Assembly: GCA_013911135.1 (NCBI GenBank)
Contig: JACERO010000070.1
Span: 15,263-79,262 of the forward strand
Direction: 5' to 3'
DNA: 64,000 nucleotides
Source: Nitrosopumilus sp.
Lineage (GTDB): Archaea; Thermoproteota; Nitrososphaeria; Nitrososphaerales; Nitrosopumilaceae
In this document: in pieces, positions 38,329 through 47,457 of the stretch
Layout of the letters: every line of letters starts with the position of its first letter
Numbering within the stretch: the stretch's first letter is position 1
Notes under the pieces: model-generated
Database searches by the model: none
Seen by the model: only the letters and a program-made list of their open reading frames with translations
Told to the model about the DNA's origin: nothing
Translations under genes and position numbers: made by a program

Positions 38329-39528
38329 ATGACTCAAAAAGGAATTCTTGCATTCTCTGGAGGACTAGACACTTCAGTTGTTGTAAAATATCTACAAGAA
38401 GAACACAACATGGATGTCATTACAGTAACAGTAGATGTTGGACAAGGTGGTGATAGTAAAAAAATTGCAGCTAAAGCAAAAAAACTTGGTGTAAAAAAAC
38501 ATTACAACATTGATGCACGAAAAGAATTTGTTAAAGATTACATTTTTCCATCAATTAAAGCCAATGCACTTTATCAGAAAAAATATTGTCTTGCAACAGC
38601 ACTTGCAAGACCATTAATTGCAGAAAAAGTTTTAGAGATTGCAAAAAAAGAAAAAGTAACATCACTAGCACATGGATGCTCAGGTAAAGGAAATGATCAA
38701 GTACGATTTGATATCACATTACAATCAGGTTCCAACCTACCAATCATTGCTCCAATTCGAGACAAAAACTTGGATAGGGATACTGAATTAAAGTTTGCAA
38801 AAAAACATGGAATTGAAATTGATGCTGTGGCAAAAAAATTCAGCATTGATCAAAACTTGTGGGGACGTGCAATTGAAGGAGGAGTATTAGAAGATCCATA
38901 CAACGAACCACCTGATGATGCATTCATTTGGGTTAAAACAAAAAATTTACCAGACAAGCCAACGTATTTGGAAATTAAATTTGAAAAAGGAATTCCAGTC
39001 AAAGTTGATGACAAAGTAATGAATTCTCAAAAACTAATTGAATACATCAACAAAAAAGCAGGTGCCGCAGGTGTCGGAATAGTTGATCATATTGAAGACA
39101 GAGTTGTTGGAATAAAATCACGTGAAGTATATGAAACTCCTGCAGCAACTTGTTTGATTGAAGCGCATGCAGATTTAGAAAAGATGGTTCATACTAAACA
39201 TGAGAACAAGTTCAAATCCCTAATAGATGATGAATGGGCATACTTGGTATATTCAGGGCTTTGGCAAGACCCTCTCAAAGCAGACTTGGATGGATTTATC
39301 GAAACGTCACAAAATCCAGTATCAGGAAGCGTGAAACTAAAGTTGTATAAAGGAAGCTTGAGGGTAGTTGGAAGAAAATCCAAGAATTCATTGTACAATC
39401 ATGGTATTGCAACTTATGGCTCAGAATCAACATTTGATCAAAGATTAGCCAAAGGATTTGTAGAATTGTGGGGAATGCAGACAACAGAAGCTAATAAATT
39501 ACAAAAGAAAAGGTCAAAAAAAATATGA
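38329..39528 (+). CDS. argG: Argininosuccinate synthase
   Basis: LAFSGGLDTS, LARPLIA, HGCSGKGNDQVRF, SIDQNLWG and SREVYE. Confidence 0.97.
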   Translation: MTQKGILAFSGGLDTSVVVKYLQEEHNMDVITVTVDVGQGGDSKKIAAKAKKLGVKKHYNIDARKEFVKDYIFPSIKANALYQKKYCLATALARPLIAEKVLEIAKKEKVTSLAHGCSGKGNDQVRFDITLQSGSNLPIIAPIRDKNLDRDTELKFAKKHGIEIDAVAKKFSIDQNLWGRAIEGGVLEDPYNEPPDDAFIWVKTKNLPDKPTYLEIKFEKGIPVKVDDKVMNSQKLIEYINKKAGAAGVGIVDHIEDRVVGIKSREVYETPAATCLIEAHADLEKMVHTKHENKFKSLIDDEWAYLVYSGLWQDPLKADLDGFIETSQNPVSGSVKLKLYKGSLRVVGRKSKNSLYNHGIATYGSESTFDQRLAKGFVELWGMQTTEANKLQKKRSKKI

Positions 39529-39692
39529 ACTGCCCAGAATGTGATGCAACATTAAACATTCCAGACGATGCCTCAGTTGGAGAAATAATCTCCTGTCCTG
39601 ATTGCGGCGCTGACTTTGAAATCGCAAAAAAAGACGGATCAAATTTAGAGCTAAAGCAAGCAGAAACCGTAGGCGAAGACTGGGGAGAGTAA
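39525..39692 (+). CDS. lysW: Amino-group carrier protein LysW/ArgW (copy 1, C-terminal EDWGE)
   Basis: Manual translation MNCPECDATLNIPDDASVGEIISCPDCGADFEIAKKDGSNLELKQAETVGEDWGE (55 aa). Confidence 0.95.
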   Translation: MNCPECDATLNIPDDASVGEIISCPDCGADFEIAKKDGSNLELKQAETVGEDWGE

Positions 39693-40549
39693 TGTCAAAA
39701 GTATGTATCGTATTTGATCGTCTGAGAACAGAAGAAAAAATGCTTCAAAAAGAAGCAGTAGGACTTGGACACGATGCAGTGATGCTAGATGCAAAGATTA
39801 CTCAAATTAACACAGATAGTAAAAAAGAAGACTATGATTTTGGGAATGTTGTTTTAGAAAGATGTGTCAGTTATTTTAGAGGACTTCACTTTACTGCTAG
39901 TTTAGAATTTATGGACATTCCAGTTCTAAACAAGTTTGATGTTGCAAGCATTTGTGGAAACAAGATGTTCATGACTTTGCTTTTAAAAAAAAATAATGTT
40001 CCAACACCAAAAACATACTTTTCATTTTCAGGTGAAAGTGCAGCAGAGAATTTAGAAAAAGTTGGATATCCTCTAGTGATCAAACCAGTAATAGGAAGTT
40101 GGGGTAGAGGAGTAATGCCAATCAAAGATAAAGATGCAATGGAGGCAGTTTTGGAAATAAGAGAAGTCACAGATGGTCCACATGATAGAATTTACTACTT
40201 GCAGGAATTAATTAAAAGACCACCAAGAGATATCAGAGTGATCACTATAGGAGATGAGCCAATTGCAGCCATGTACAGAAAATCATCAGGTGAATTTAAG
40301 ACAAACATAGCACTAGGAGCAGATCCAGAACTTTGTGAGATCACAAAAGAGATGGAGGATATGGCAGTAAAAGCATCAAAAGCTATGGGTGGCGGAATTT
40401 TAGGAATAGACATGATGGAAGACGAAGAACGAGGCCTAGTTGTACACGAAGTTAACAATACAGTGGAATTCAAAGGATTGGCAAGAGTTGCACAACGAAA
40501 CATTCCAAAAGAAATGATAGAATTTGCTCTAAACTACGTTAGGAAATAA
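39692..40549 (+). CDS. argX: LysW-amino acid ligase, RimK/LysX family; ArgX-like (glutamate)
   Basis: ATP-grasp KPVIGSWGRG, FKTNIALG and EVNNTVEFKGL (Gly after EFK, ArgX-like); follows argG-lysW. Confidence 0.75.
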   Translation: MSKVCIVFDRLRTEEKMLQKEAVGLGHDAVMLDAKITQINTDSKKEDYDFGNVVLERCVSYFRGLHFTASLEFMDIPVLNKFDVASICGNKMFMTLLLKKNNVPTPKTYFSFSGESAAENLEKVGYPLVIKPVIGSWGRGVMPIKDKDAMEAVLEIREVTDGPHDRIYYLQELIKRPPRDIRVITIGDEPIAAMYRKSSGEFKTNIALGADPELCEITKEMEDMAVKASKAMGGGILGIDMMEDEERGLVVHEVNNTVEFKGLARVAQRNIPKEMIEFALNYVRK

Positions 40550-40577
40550 ATTATACTCCATAACGAGGAGATTTATC

Positions 40578-41624
40578 ATGAAAGTAGGTATTGTAGGAGC
40601 ATCAGGATATGTAGGTGGAGAAACACTTCGTCTTCTTGTTAATCATCCAGATGTTGAGATAGCTATGGTGACATCAAGGCAACATGTTGGCGAATATCTT
40701 CATAGAGTACAACCAAGTTTGAAAGGATTTACAGATCTTACTTTCTCAGAATTAGATTATGATAAATTAACTGACAAATGTGATCTAGTGTTCACTGCTG
40801 TTCCACATGGTACAGCAACTGAAATTGTAAAGACACTATATGATAGAGGTACCAAAATAATTGATTTGAGTGCTGATTACAGATTACATGATCAAGAGGC
40901 ATATGACAAATGGTATGGATGGGAGCATCCACATCCAGATTATTTACCAAAATCAGTTTTTGGAGTTCCTGAATTACACAGAGAAGAAATCAAAAAATCA
41001 CAACTTGTGTCTTGTCCAGGATGTATGGCAGTTACATCAATATTAGCACTGGCTCCATTAATTCGAAATAACATTATTGATACAGAACACATCATTGTAG
41101 ATTCAAAGATTGGATCTTCTGGTGCAGGTTCTGGTTCTGGAACTGCACATGCAATGAGAGCAGGAGTGATCAGACCATACAAACCAGCAAAGCACAGACA
41201 CACTGGTGAGATTGAACAAGAACTTAGTGAAATTGCAGGAAAGAAGATCAAAGTTTCAATGAGTCCACATGCAGTTGATGTAGTTCGCGGAATTTTATGT
41301 ACAAACCATACATTCATGCAAAAAAACATTGATGAAAAAGAATTGTGGAAATTGTATCGTCAAGCTTATGGTGATGAAAAATTTATCAGACTTATTCGTG
41401 ACAAAAAGGGATTATACAAATTCCCAGATCCAAAGTTCTTGGTTGGTTCAAACTTTTGCGATATTGGATTTGATATAGACGAAGACAATAACAGATTGAT
41501 TGCATTATCTGCATCAGATAACTTGATGAAAGGTGCAGCAGGCTCTGCCATTCAAAATATGAATATTATGTGTGGTTTTGATGAAATGGATGGACTAAGA
41601 TATACTCCATTAACTCCTGTTTAG
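40578..41624 (+). CDS. lysY: [LysW]-aminoadipyl/glutamyl phosphate reductase (LysY/ArgC)
   Basis: GASGYVG, DLSADYRL, PGCMA, SGAG, HRH..EI and DNLMKGAAG. Confidence 0.93.
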   Translation: MKVGIVGASGYVGGETLRLLVNHPDVEIAMVTSRQHVGEYLHRVQPSLKGFTDLTFSELDYDKLTDKCDLVFTAVPHGTATEIVKTLYDRGTKIIDLSADYRLHDQEAYDKWYGWEHPHPDYLPKSVFGVPELHREEIKKSQLVSCPGCMAVTSILALAPLIRNNIIDTEHIIVDSKIGSSGAGSGSGTAHAMRAGVIRPYKPAKHRHTGEIEQELSEIAGKKIKVSMSPHAVDVVRGILCTNHTFMQKNIDEKELWKLYRQAYGDEKFIRLIRDKKGLYKFPDPKFLVGSNFCDIGFDIDEDNNRLIALSASDNLMKGAAGSAIQNMNIMCGFDEMDGLRYTPLTPV

Positions 41625-41626
41625 AA

Positions 41627-42430
41627 ATGATCACAATCAAAATTGGTGGAAGTGTAGTAGATAATTTACATTCATCTACAATTGCAGACATTAAAAAAAT
41701 AGTAAAATCAGAAGGAGTGATTTTAGTTCATGGTGGTGGAAAAGAAGTTACAAAAGTTTGTAAACAGCTTGGAAAAGAACCAAAATTTGTAACATCATCT
41801 AGTGGAATCAAAAGCAGATATACTGATAAAGAGACTGCAGAAATTTTTACAATGGTAATATCTGGTAGAATAAACAAGACAATTGTTCAGTTGCTTCAAA
41901 AAAATGGTATTAATGCAATTGGTCTTTCAGGAGTTGATGCCAGAGTTATAGAAGCTGATAGAAAAAAGAAGCTTCTCATAATCAATGAAAAAGGCAGAAA
42001 ACAAGCAATTGATGGAGGCTACACTGGAAAAATTACCAAAATAAACTCGGAATTCATCAAATCACTCTTAGAACAAGGACTTACACCTGTTATTTCACCC
42101 ATAGCAATTAGTGAAGAGTCAGAATTTCTCAATGTTGATGGAGACCGGGCTGCAGCATATGTAGCTGGCAAAGTCGGTACTGATAAAGTATTATTCATTA
42201 CAGACGTTGACGGACTTTTAATGGATGACAAACTTGTTTCCAAACTAACATTAGCAGAAGCAAAAGAAATCAGACCAAAAATAGGACCAGGAATGGAGAA
42301 GAAGATTTTAGCAGCTACTGAAGCATTAGATATGGGTGTCAAAGAGGCATTGATTGCAAATGGTCAAAAAGAAAATCCAATATCATCTGCAATTGCACAT
42401 GATAATTGTACGGTGATTGAACATGAGTGA
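41627..42430 (+). CDS. lysZ: [LysW]-aminoadipate/glutamate kinase (LysZ/ArgB)
   Basis: IKIGGS, VHGGG, SRYTD, LNVDGD, TDVDG and GMEKK. Confidence 0.93.
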   Translation: MITIKIGGSVVDNLHSSTIADIKKIVKSEGVILVHGGGKEVTKVCKQLGKEPKFVTSSSGIKSRYTDKETAEIFTMVISGRINKTIVQLLQKNGINAIGLSGVDARVIEADRKKKLLIINEKGRKQAIDGGYTGKITKINSEFIKSLLEQGLTPVISPIAISEESEFLNVDGDRAAAYVAGKVGTDKVLFITDVDGLLMDDKLVSKLTLAEAKEIRPKIGPGMEKKILAATEALDMGVKEALIANGQKENPISSAIAHDNCTVIEHE

Positions 42431-43604
42431 AGATCAATTTATGGGAAATCTCTATCAGAGATTTCCAGTTACAATTGAAAAAGGAGTTGGAGCTCATGTA
42501 TGGGATGTTGATGGAAAAGAATACATTGACTGCATGGGGGGATATGGTGTTGCACTAGTAGGTCATCAAAATCAAAGAGTCAACAATGCAATAAAAGAAC
42601 AACTTGATAAAATTATCACTGTTCATAGTTCACTATACAACAAAACAAGAGAAGAGTTTTTGAAAATACTAATTGGACTAGCTCCCAAAGGACTCACACA
42701 AGTTCATCTAAACAATAGTGGAGCAGAAGCAATAGAAGCTGCAATAAAGTTTGCAAGAAAGTTTACAGGTAAAAAAGGAATGGTTGCAATGAAAGGTTCC
42801 TATCATGGAAAATCGTTAGGTGCATTGTCATTAACATTTGGTCCAAAATATAGAAAACCATTTCAACCACTTGTTGAGAAAGTTTCTTTTGCATCATTTG
42901 GAGATATAGAATCACTTCGTTTAGCAATTGATGATGATACAGCTTTTGTAATTTTAGAACCAATTCAAGGTGAGAGTGGAATTATTGTTGCACCAGAAGG
43001 ATTTTTGCAAGAGGTGAGAAAACTTTGTGATGAGAAAGGAATTCTGTTAATTTTTGACGAAATACAAGCTGGTTTAGGTCGAACTGGACGATTATGGGCT
43101 TGTGATCATTGGAATACTGCACCAGATATTTTATGTCTGGCAAAAGGAATAGCAGGAGGAGTGCCAATGGGTGCAACTCTTGTAAGACCAAACATTTTAT
43201 CTGCAATGAACAAAGGAGAGCATTCATCAACATTTGGAGGAAATCCAATATCTTGTGCAGCAGGAATTGCAGCTCTTAAGGCATTAACAGAAGATGGGTT
43301 AATTGAGAATTCTGAGAAGATGGGGAAAATTTTTAGAGAAGGATTAGAGAAATTAAAAGAAAAACATACTGTGATTAGAGAGATTCGTGGAAAAGGACTC
43401 ATGATAGGAATAGAGATGAAATTTGAAATCAAAGACATTCTAATGGCGTTAATAAAAGAAGGTATTCTAATGCTATACTCGGGAAGAAACATACTAAGAA
43501 TTCTTCCACCATTAGTAATATCTGAAAATGACATAACAAAAGTTTTACATGCTCTTGATTCTATACTAACTGAAGAGGAGCAAAAACGTAATGTACAAGG
43601 ATAA
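42417..43604 (+). CDS. lysJ: [LysW]-semialdehyde aminotransferase (LysJ/ArgD), class III PLP
   Basis: SGAEAIEAA, SYHGK, EPIQGESG, FDEIQAGLGRTG, AKGIAGG and HSSTFGGNP. Confidence 0.93.
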   Translation: MNMSEDQFMGNLYQRFPVTIEKGVGAHVWDVDGKEYIDCMGGYGVALVGHQNQRVNNAIKEQLDKIITVHSSLYNKTREEFLKILIGLAPKGLTQVHLNNSGAEAIEAAIKFARKFTGKKGMVAMKGSYHGKSLGALSLTFGPKYRKPFQPLVEKVSFASFGDIESLRLAIDDDTAFVILEPIQGESGIIVAPEGFLQEVRKLCDEKGILLIFDEIQAGLGRTGRLWACDHWNTAPDILCLAKGIAGGVPMGATLVRPNILSAMNKGEHSSTFGGNPISCAAGIAALKALTEDGLIENSEKMGKIFREGLEKLKEKHTVIREIRGKGLMIGIEMKFEIKDILMALIKEGILMLYSGRNILRILPPLVISENDITKVLHALDSILTEEEQKRNVQG

Positions 43605-44010
43605 AATAGACCAAAAGATTATCGAATATCTAAAAGAAAACTCTAGAGAATCATTTGTAGATATTGGTAAAAAATTAAAGCTTTCTGAATCAGCAGTAAG
43701 AAGACGTGTAAAAAATCTATTAGGTAGTGGAGTAATCAAAAAATTCACTTTAGAACTTGGAGAAGAGAATGCTACCAGTGCAATTGTTTTAGTTTCAGTA
43801 GATTCTGCAACAGACACATCCAAAGTTTCTATGAAACTTACTAAATTAGAAGGAGTAAAAACAGTTTATGAAATTACAGGTCAATATGACATCACAGTAA
43901 TTATTAGTGCAGCAACAATTGCTGAAATTAATAATAGTATTGATGCATTAAGAAAGATTCCAGGTGTAGTTGATACAAATACTGTAATTATTTTGAAAAA
44001 AGTAATCTAA
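43591..44010 (+). CDS. lysM: Lrp/AsnC-family regulator LysM
   Basis: DKIDQKIIEYL..NSR.SF..IGKKL.LSE.AVRRR HTH and a C-terminal RAM domain EITGQYD. Confidence 0.88.
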   Translation: MYKDKIDQKIIEYLKENSRESFVDIGKKLKLSESAVRRRVKNLLGSGVIKKFTLELGEENATSAIVLVSVDSATDTSKVSMKLTKLEGVKTVYEITGQYDITVIISAATIAEINNSIDALRKIPGVVDTNTVIILKKVI

Positions 44011-44073
44011 AACGACTTTCGTTTCAAAATTTTAATTCAAAACTAAATTAGGATCATTATTACTTATTTCCAA

Positions 44074-44100
44074 CGAACCTAGTACGAATATGTTTATATT
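44074..44100 (+). promoter_or_regulatory. Imperfect palindrome plus TATA box upstream of homocitrate synthase
   Basis: CGAAC-CTA-GTACG (44074-44086) followed by TTTATATT (44093-44100), about 26 nt before the ATG at 44127. Confidence 0.4.
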
Positions 44101-44126
44101 CTCGATTTAGGTCAACGATTTCAGTA

Positions 44127-45293
44127 ATGAATGATCCGAATCACTATGCAAATGTGTACAATGCATTTGACAAAAATCCAAAGAAGATTAGAATTCTAGA
44201 CAGTACTTTAAGAGAAGGAGAACAACATCCAGGTGTTTCATTTACAAACAAACAAAGAATTCAGATTGCATGGATGTTAGATTATTTTGGAGTTGATCAA
44301 ATTGAAATCTCGCCAGTTATATCAAAAGATCATAAAGAGGCAACTAAGACAATCATCAAACAAGGATTAACTGCAGATATTGTTTCTCATGGACGTGCTC
44401 TTAAATCAGATATTGATATTTCATTGGATTGTGATGCAAAATGGTGTGCAGCATATTTAGGAATTTCAGATATTCATCTAAAAGATAAATTACATATTTC
44501 AAGAGAAGAAGCACTTAACAGAGCAGTAGAGACTGTAGAGTATGCAAAATCTCATGGTCTTAAAATTAGATTTACAGTAGAAGATGGAAGTAGAACAGAA
44601 CCAGAATTTTTGCTCAAAGTTTGCAAGTCAATTGAAGAAGCAGGTGTAGATAGAATCAGTCTTCCAGATACAGTTGGAATTTTACGTCCAATTGGAATGT
44701 ATAATTTTGTTAAGAAGGTTAGAGAGGTAGTAGATGTACCATTAGATGCACATGTTCACAATGATATTGGATTTGCAGTAGCAAATGCATTTTCAGCATG
44801 TGACGCAGGAGTTGATCAGATTCATACTACTATTGATGGTATTGGAGAAAGAACAGGAATTCCACCTCTTGCAGAAGTTGCAGTAGCACTTACGTATCTA
44901 TACAAATCACCAAACGATTTTAGATTAGATATGTTATTGGATTTGTCTAGATTAATTGAAGACTATACATCAATCAAACCATATGATTCAAAACCAATTG
45001 TAGGATCGTCTGCATACAAACACAAAGCAGGAACACACCTAGCAGCAATTATCAGAAACCCTGCAGCCTATGAGCCTATACCACCAAGAGCAGTTGGAAA
45101 CAGAAGAAGAATTGTCTTTGGTGAATTGGCAGGAAAGACAGGAGCTGCATATCTAATGTCATTATTAGGACTTGAAAAAGACGATAAAGGTGCAAAAGCA
45201 GTTGCAGCTGGATTGAAGAATCTTAGAATGGGTGATCTTATTGAGATTCCACTTGAAGACAGACTTGAAAAAAAGATAATTAATGATAAATAG
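44127..45293 (+). CDS. Homocitrate synthase (LeuA family)
   Basis: LDSTLREGEQ, LPDTVG, HVHNDIG, GIGERTG and HKAGTH; context among lys genes. Confidence 0.82.
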   Translation: MNDPNHYANVYNAFDKNPKKIRILDSTLREGEQHPGVSFTNKQRIQIAWMLDYFGVDQIEISPVISKDHKEATKTIIKQGLTADIVSHGRALKSDIDISLDCDAKWCAAYLGISDIHLKDKLHISREEALNRAVETVEYAKSHGLKIRFTVEDGSRTEPEFLLKVCKSIEEAGVDRISLPDTVGILRPIGMYNFVKKVREVVDVPLDAHVHNDIGFAVANAFSACDAGVDQIHTTIDGIGERTGIPPLAEVAVALTYLYKSPNDFRLDMLLDLSRLIEDYTSIKPYDSKPIVGSSAYKHKAGTHLAAIIRNPAAYEPIPPRAVGNRRRIVFGELAGKTGAAYLMSLLGLEKDDKGAKAVAAGLKNLRMGDLIEIPLEDRLEKKIINDK

Positions 45294-45296
45294 AGA

Positions 45297-45310
45297 GAGG
45301 AGGTGAGGAG
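45297..45310 (+). promoter_or_regulatory. Extended Shine-Dalgarno tract before lysW2
   Basis: GAGGAGGTGAGGAG ends 5 nt before the ATG at 45316. Confidence 0.6.
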
Positions 45311-45315
45311 AAAAT

Positions 45316-45483
45316 ATGTCAAAATGTGAAGAATGTGATGCAGATATTTCCGTACCAAGTGATGCACTTGAAGGAGAGATTGTAACATGTCCAGAATGTG
45401 GCGCAAGTTTTGAATTAGCAAAAGGTTCAGATGGTTTCGATCTAAAGCCTGCCCAAACGGTTGGCGAGGATTGGGGACAGTGA
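45316..45483 (+). CDS. lysW: LysW-family carrier protein (copy 2, C-terminal EDWGQ)
   Basis: Manual translation MSKCEECDADISVPSDALEGEIVTCPECGASFELAKGSDGFDLKPAQTVGEDWGQ (55 aa); ends gga cag tga. Confidence 0.92.
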   Translation: MSKCEECDADISVPSDALEGEIVTCPECGASFELAKGSDGFDLKPAQTVGEDWGQ

Positions 45484-46328
45484 GTCCTGACGTTACAATT
45501 CTTTACGATAACATCCGTTGGGAAGAAAAAGCTCTGCTAGAAGCCGGTAAAAAAAATAACATCAACGTTCAGATGGTTAATTGTAAGAAACTAGCATTAG
45601 ATTTAGAAAAAAAGCCTGAAGATTATGGAGTAGTTATTCAGAGGTGTGTGAGTTACTATAGAAACTTGCATTCAACTGCAGCCTTAGAAGGACTTGGAGT
45701 CAAGGTAATTAATTGTCTCAATACAGGTATTTTTGCAGGGAATAAATTATTCACCCACATGTTACTAAAGAAATTTGGAGTACCAATACCTGATGCAACA
45801 GTTGCTTTTTCAAAAGAAGCAGCTTTGCAAGCATTAGAAACACAAGGATTTCCAAAAGTAATCAAACCAACAGTTGGTAGTTGGGGTAGATTAATTTCAA
45901 AATTAAATGATAAAGAATCAGCTGATGGAATTATTGAGAGTAGAGAAAAGATGTACCCAATTCACCAAGTCCATTACCTAGAAGAATTTGTAAAAAGACC
46001 ACCAAGAGACATCAGAGCTATAATGGTGGGAGACAAAATAGTTGCAGCAATTTACAGAACTTCTGAAAATGGAAATTGGAAAACGAATATGGCACTTGGA
46101 GGAGTAGCAGAACCATGTAAGGTTACACCAGAAATGGAAGAAATGTGTATTAAGGCAAAAAATGCAGTTCAAGGGGATATCGTAGGTGTAGATTTGATGG
46201 AAAGTGATGAGAAAGGACTAGTCGTACATGAAGTTAACAATACAACAGAATACAAAAACACAGTTAGAGTGTGTGAAGTAGACATTCCATTCTTAATGCT
46301 GGATTATGCACTAAAGATAGGCAAGTAA
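45471..46328 (+). CDS. lysX: LysW-alpha-aminoadipate ligase (probable start GTG at 45480)
   Basis: KPTVGSWGR, WKTNMALGG and EVNNTTEYKNT (Asn-Thr, LysX-type). Confidence 0.82.
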   Translation: MGTVSPDVTILYDNIRWEEKALLEAGKKNNINVQMVNCKKLALDLEKKPEDYGVVIQRCVSYYRNLHSTAALEGLGVKVINCLNTGIFAGNKLFTHMLLKKFGVPIPDATVAFSKEAALQALETQGFPKVIKPTVGSWGRLISKLNDKESADGIIESREKMYPIHQVHYLEEFVKRPPRDIRAIMVGDKIVAAIYRTSENGNWKTNMALGGVAEPCKVTPEMEEMCIKAKNAVQGDIVGVDLMESDEKGLVVHEVNNTTEYKNTVRVCEVDIPFLMLDYALKIGK

Positions 46329-46329
46329 A

Positions 46330-47457
46330 TTGAATTCTCATTTTACAGTAACACCAAGTTTTACAGTGAAGGCACTTGAGAAAGCACTCAGACTTTACAC
46401 ACCATCACTCAGTGAAAAACCAATGGCAGATTTTTTAGTTGATAAATGTGATGATTTAGGATTTGATGATATTCAAATTGATGAAGTAGGAAATGTAATT
46501 GCAAAGAAAGGAACAGGTTCACCAAAAATTATGTTATGTGGACACATGGATGTTGTTCCAGGAAAAGTCAAAGTTAGAAAAGAAGGAGATTCACTTTATG
46601 GACGTGGAGCATCAGATGCAAAAGCACCATTAATGGCAATGCTATTTGCTGCAGCATCAATTCAAAATAACAATGGAACTATAATTTTTGTAGCAGCTGT
46701 AGATGAAGAAGGTAGTGCTACAGGAATAAAAAATCTGGTAAAAAAAGAGATGGATGTTGATTATGCAGTTTTTGGAGAACCAAGTGGAGTTAAACAAGTC
46801 ACAATTGCATACAAAGGAAGATTAGCAATTAATCTCAAAGTTAGCGTTGAGGATAGTTCTCATGCAAGTGCACCATGGCTTTCAAAAAATGCAATTCATG
46901 AATCAATGATTTTTGCAAAAGAACTCAAAGATAGATTAGAAGCAGATCAAGATGGCAAAACGAAAGGAATGCTACTGACTGCAACTATGACTGAAATTAA
47001 AGGAGGAATTAGTCATAACGTAACTCCAAAAGAATGTGAAACGGTTTTTGATATTAGAATTCCAGTAGACATGAACTGTAAATCCATTGAGCAAAAAATT
47101 GCAACACTAGTAAAAGAAATTTCAAAGGAAAGAGATGTAGAGGCATTTTATTCAATTCTTGATGAAACAGAACCATTTGAAGCAGCTCACAATTCACCAA
47201 TAGTTAGAGCATTTACTCTTGGAATTATCGAGGTAGAGCATTCAAGACCAACTCTAATTAGAAAAACAGGCACAGGTGACATGAATGTTCTTGGAAATCA
47301 GTGGAATATTCCCGTGGTAACATATGGTCCAGGAGATCCTCACGAAGCCCATACAATTGATGAGAAGGTTTCAATTGATGAGTATCTAAGAGGAATAGAG
47401 ATTCTCAAGAAAACTCTTCAGCATTTAAAAAGACTTCATGATAAAAAGATGCAGTAA
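46330..47457 (+). CDS. lysK: [LysW]-lysine/ornithine hydrolase (LysK/ArgE, M20 family)
   Basis: CGHMDVV, GRGASDAK, DEEG, GEPS, GTGDMN and YGPGD..AHT.DE. Confidence 0.92.
   Translation: MNSHFTVTPSFTVKALEKALRLYTPSLSEKPMADFLVDKCDDLGFDDIQIDEVGNVIAKKGTGSPKIMLCGHMDVVPGKVKVRKEGDSLYGRGASDAKAPLMAMLFAAASIQNNNGTIIFVAAVDEEGSATGIKNLVKKEMDVDYAVFGEPSGVKQVTIAYKGRLAINLKVSVEDSSHASAPWLSKNAIHESMIFAKELKDRLEADQDGKTKGMLLTATMTEIKGGISHNVTPKECETVFDIRIPVDMNCKSIEQKIATLVKEISKERDVEAFYSILDETEPFEAAHNSPIVRAFTLGIIEVEHSRPTLIRKTGTGDMNVLGNQWNIPVVTYGPGDPHEAHTIDEKVSIDEYLRGIEILKKTLQHLKRLHDKKMQ

Noticed and set aside
38070-38453. 127-aa plus-strand ORF spanning the SBP/argG divergent region
   Set aside because: It overlaps two real genes and their promoter region and has no recognisable motif.
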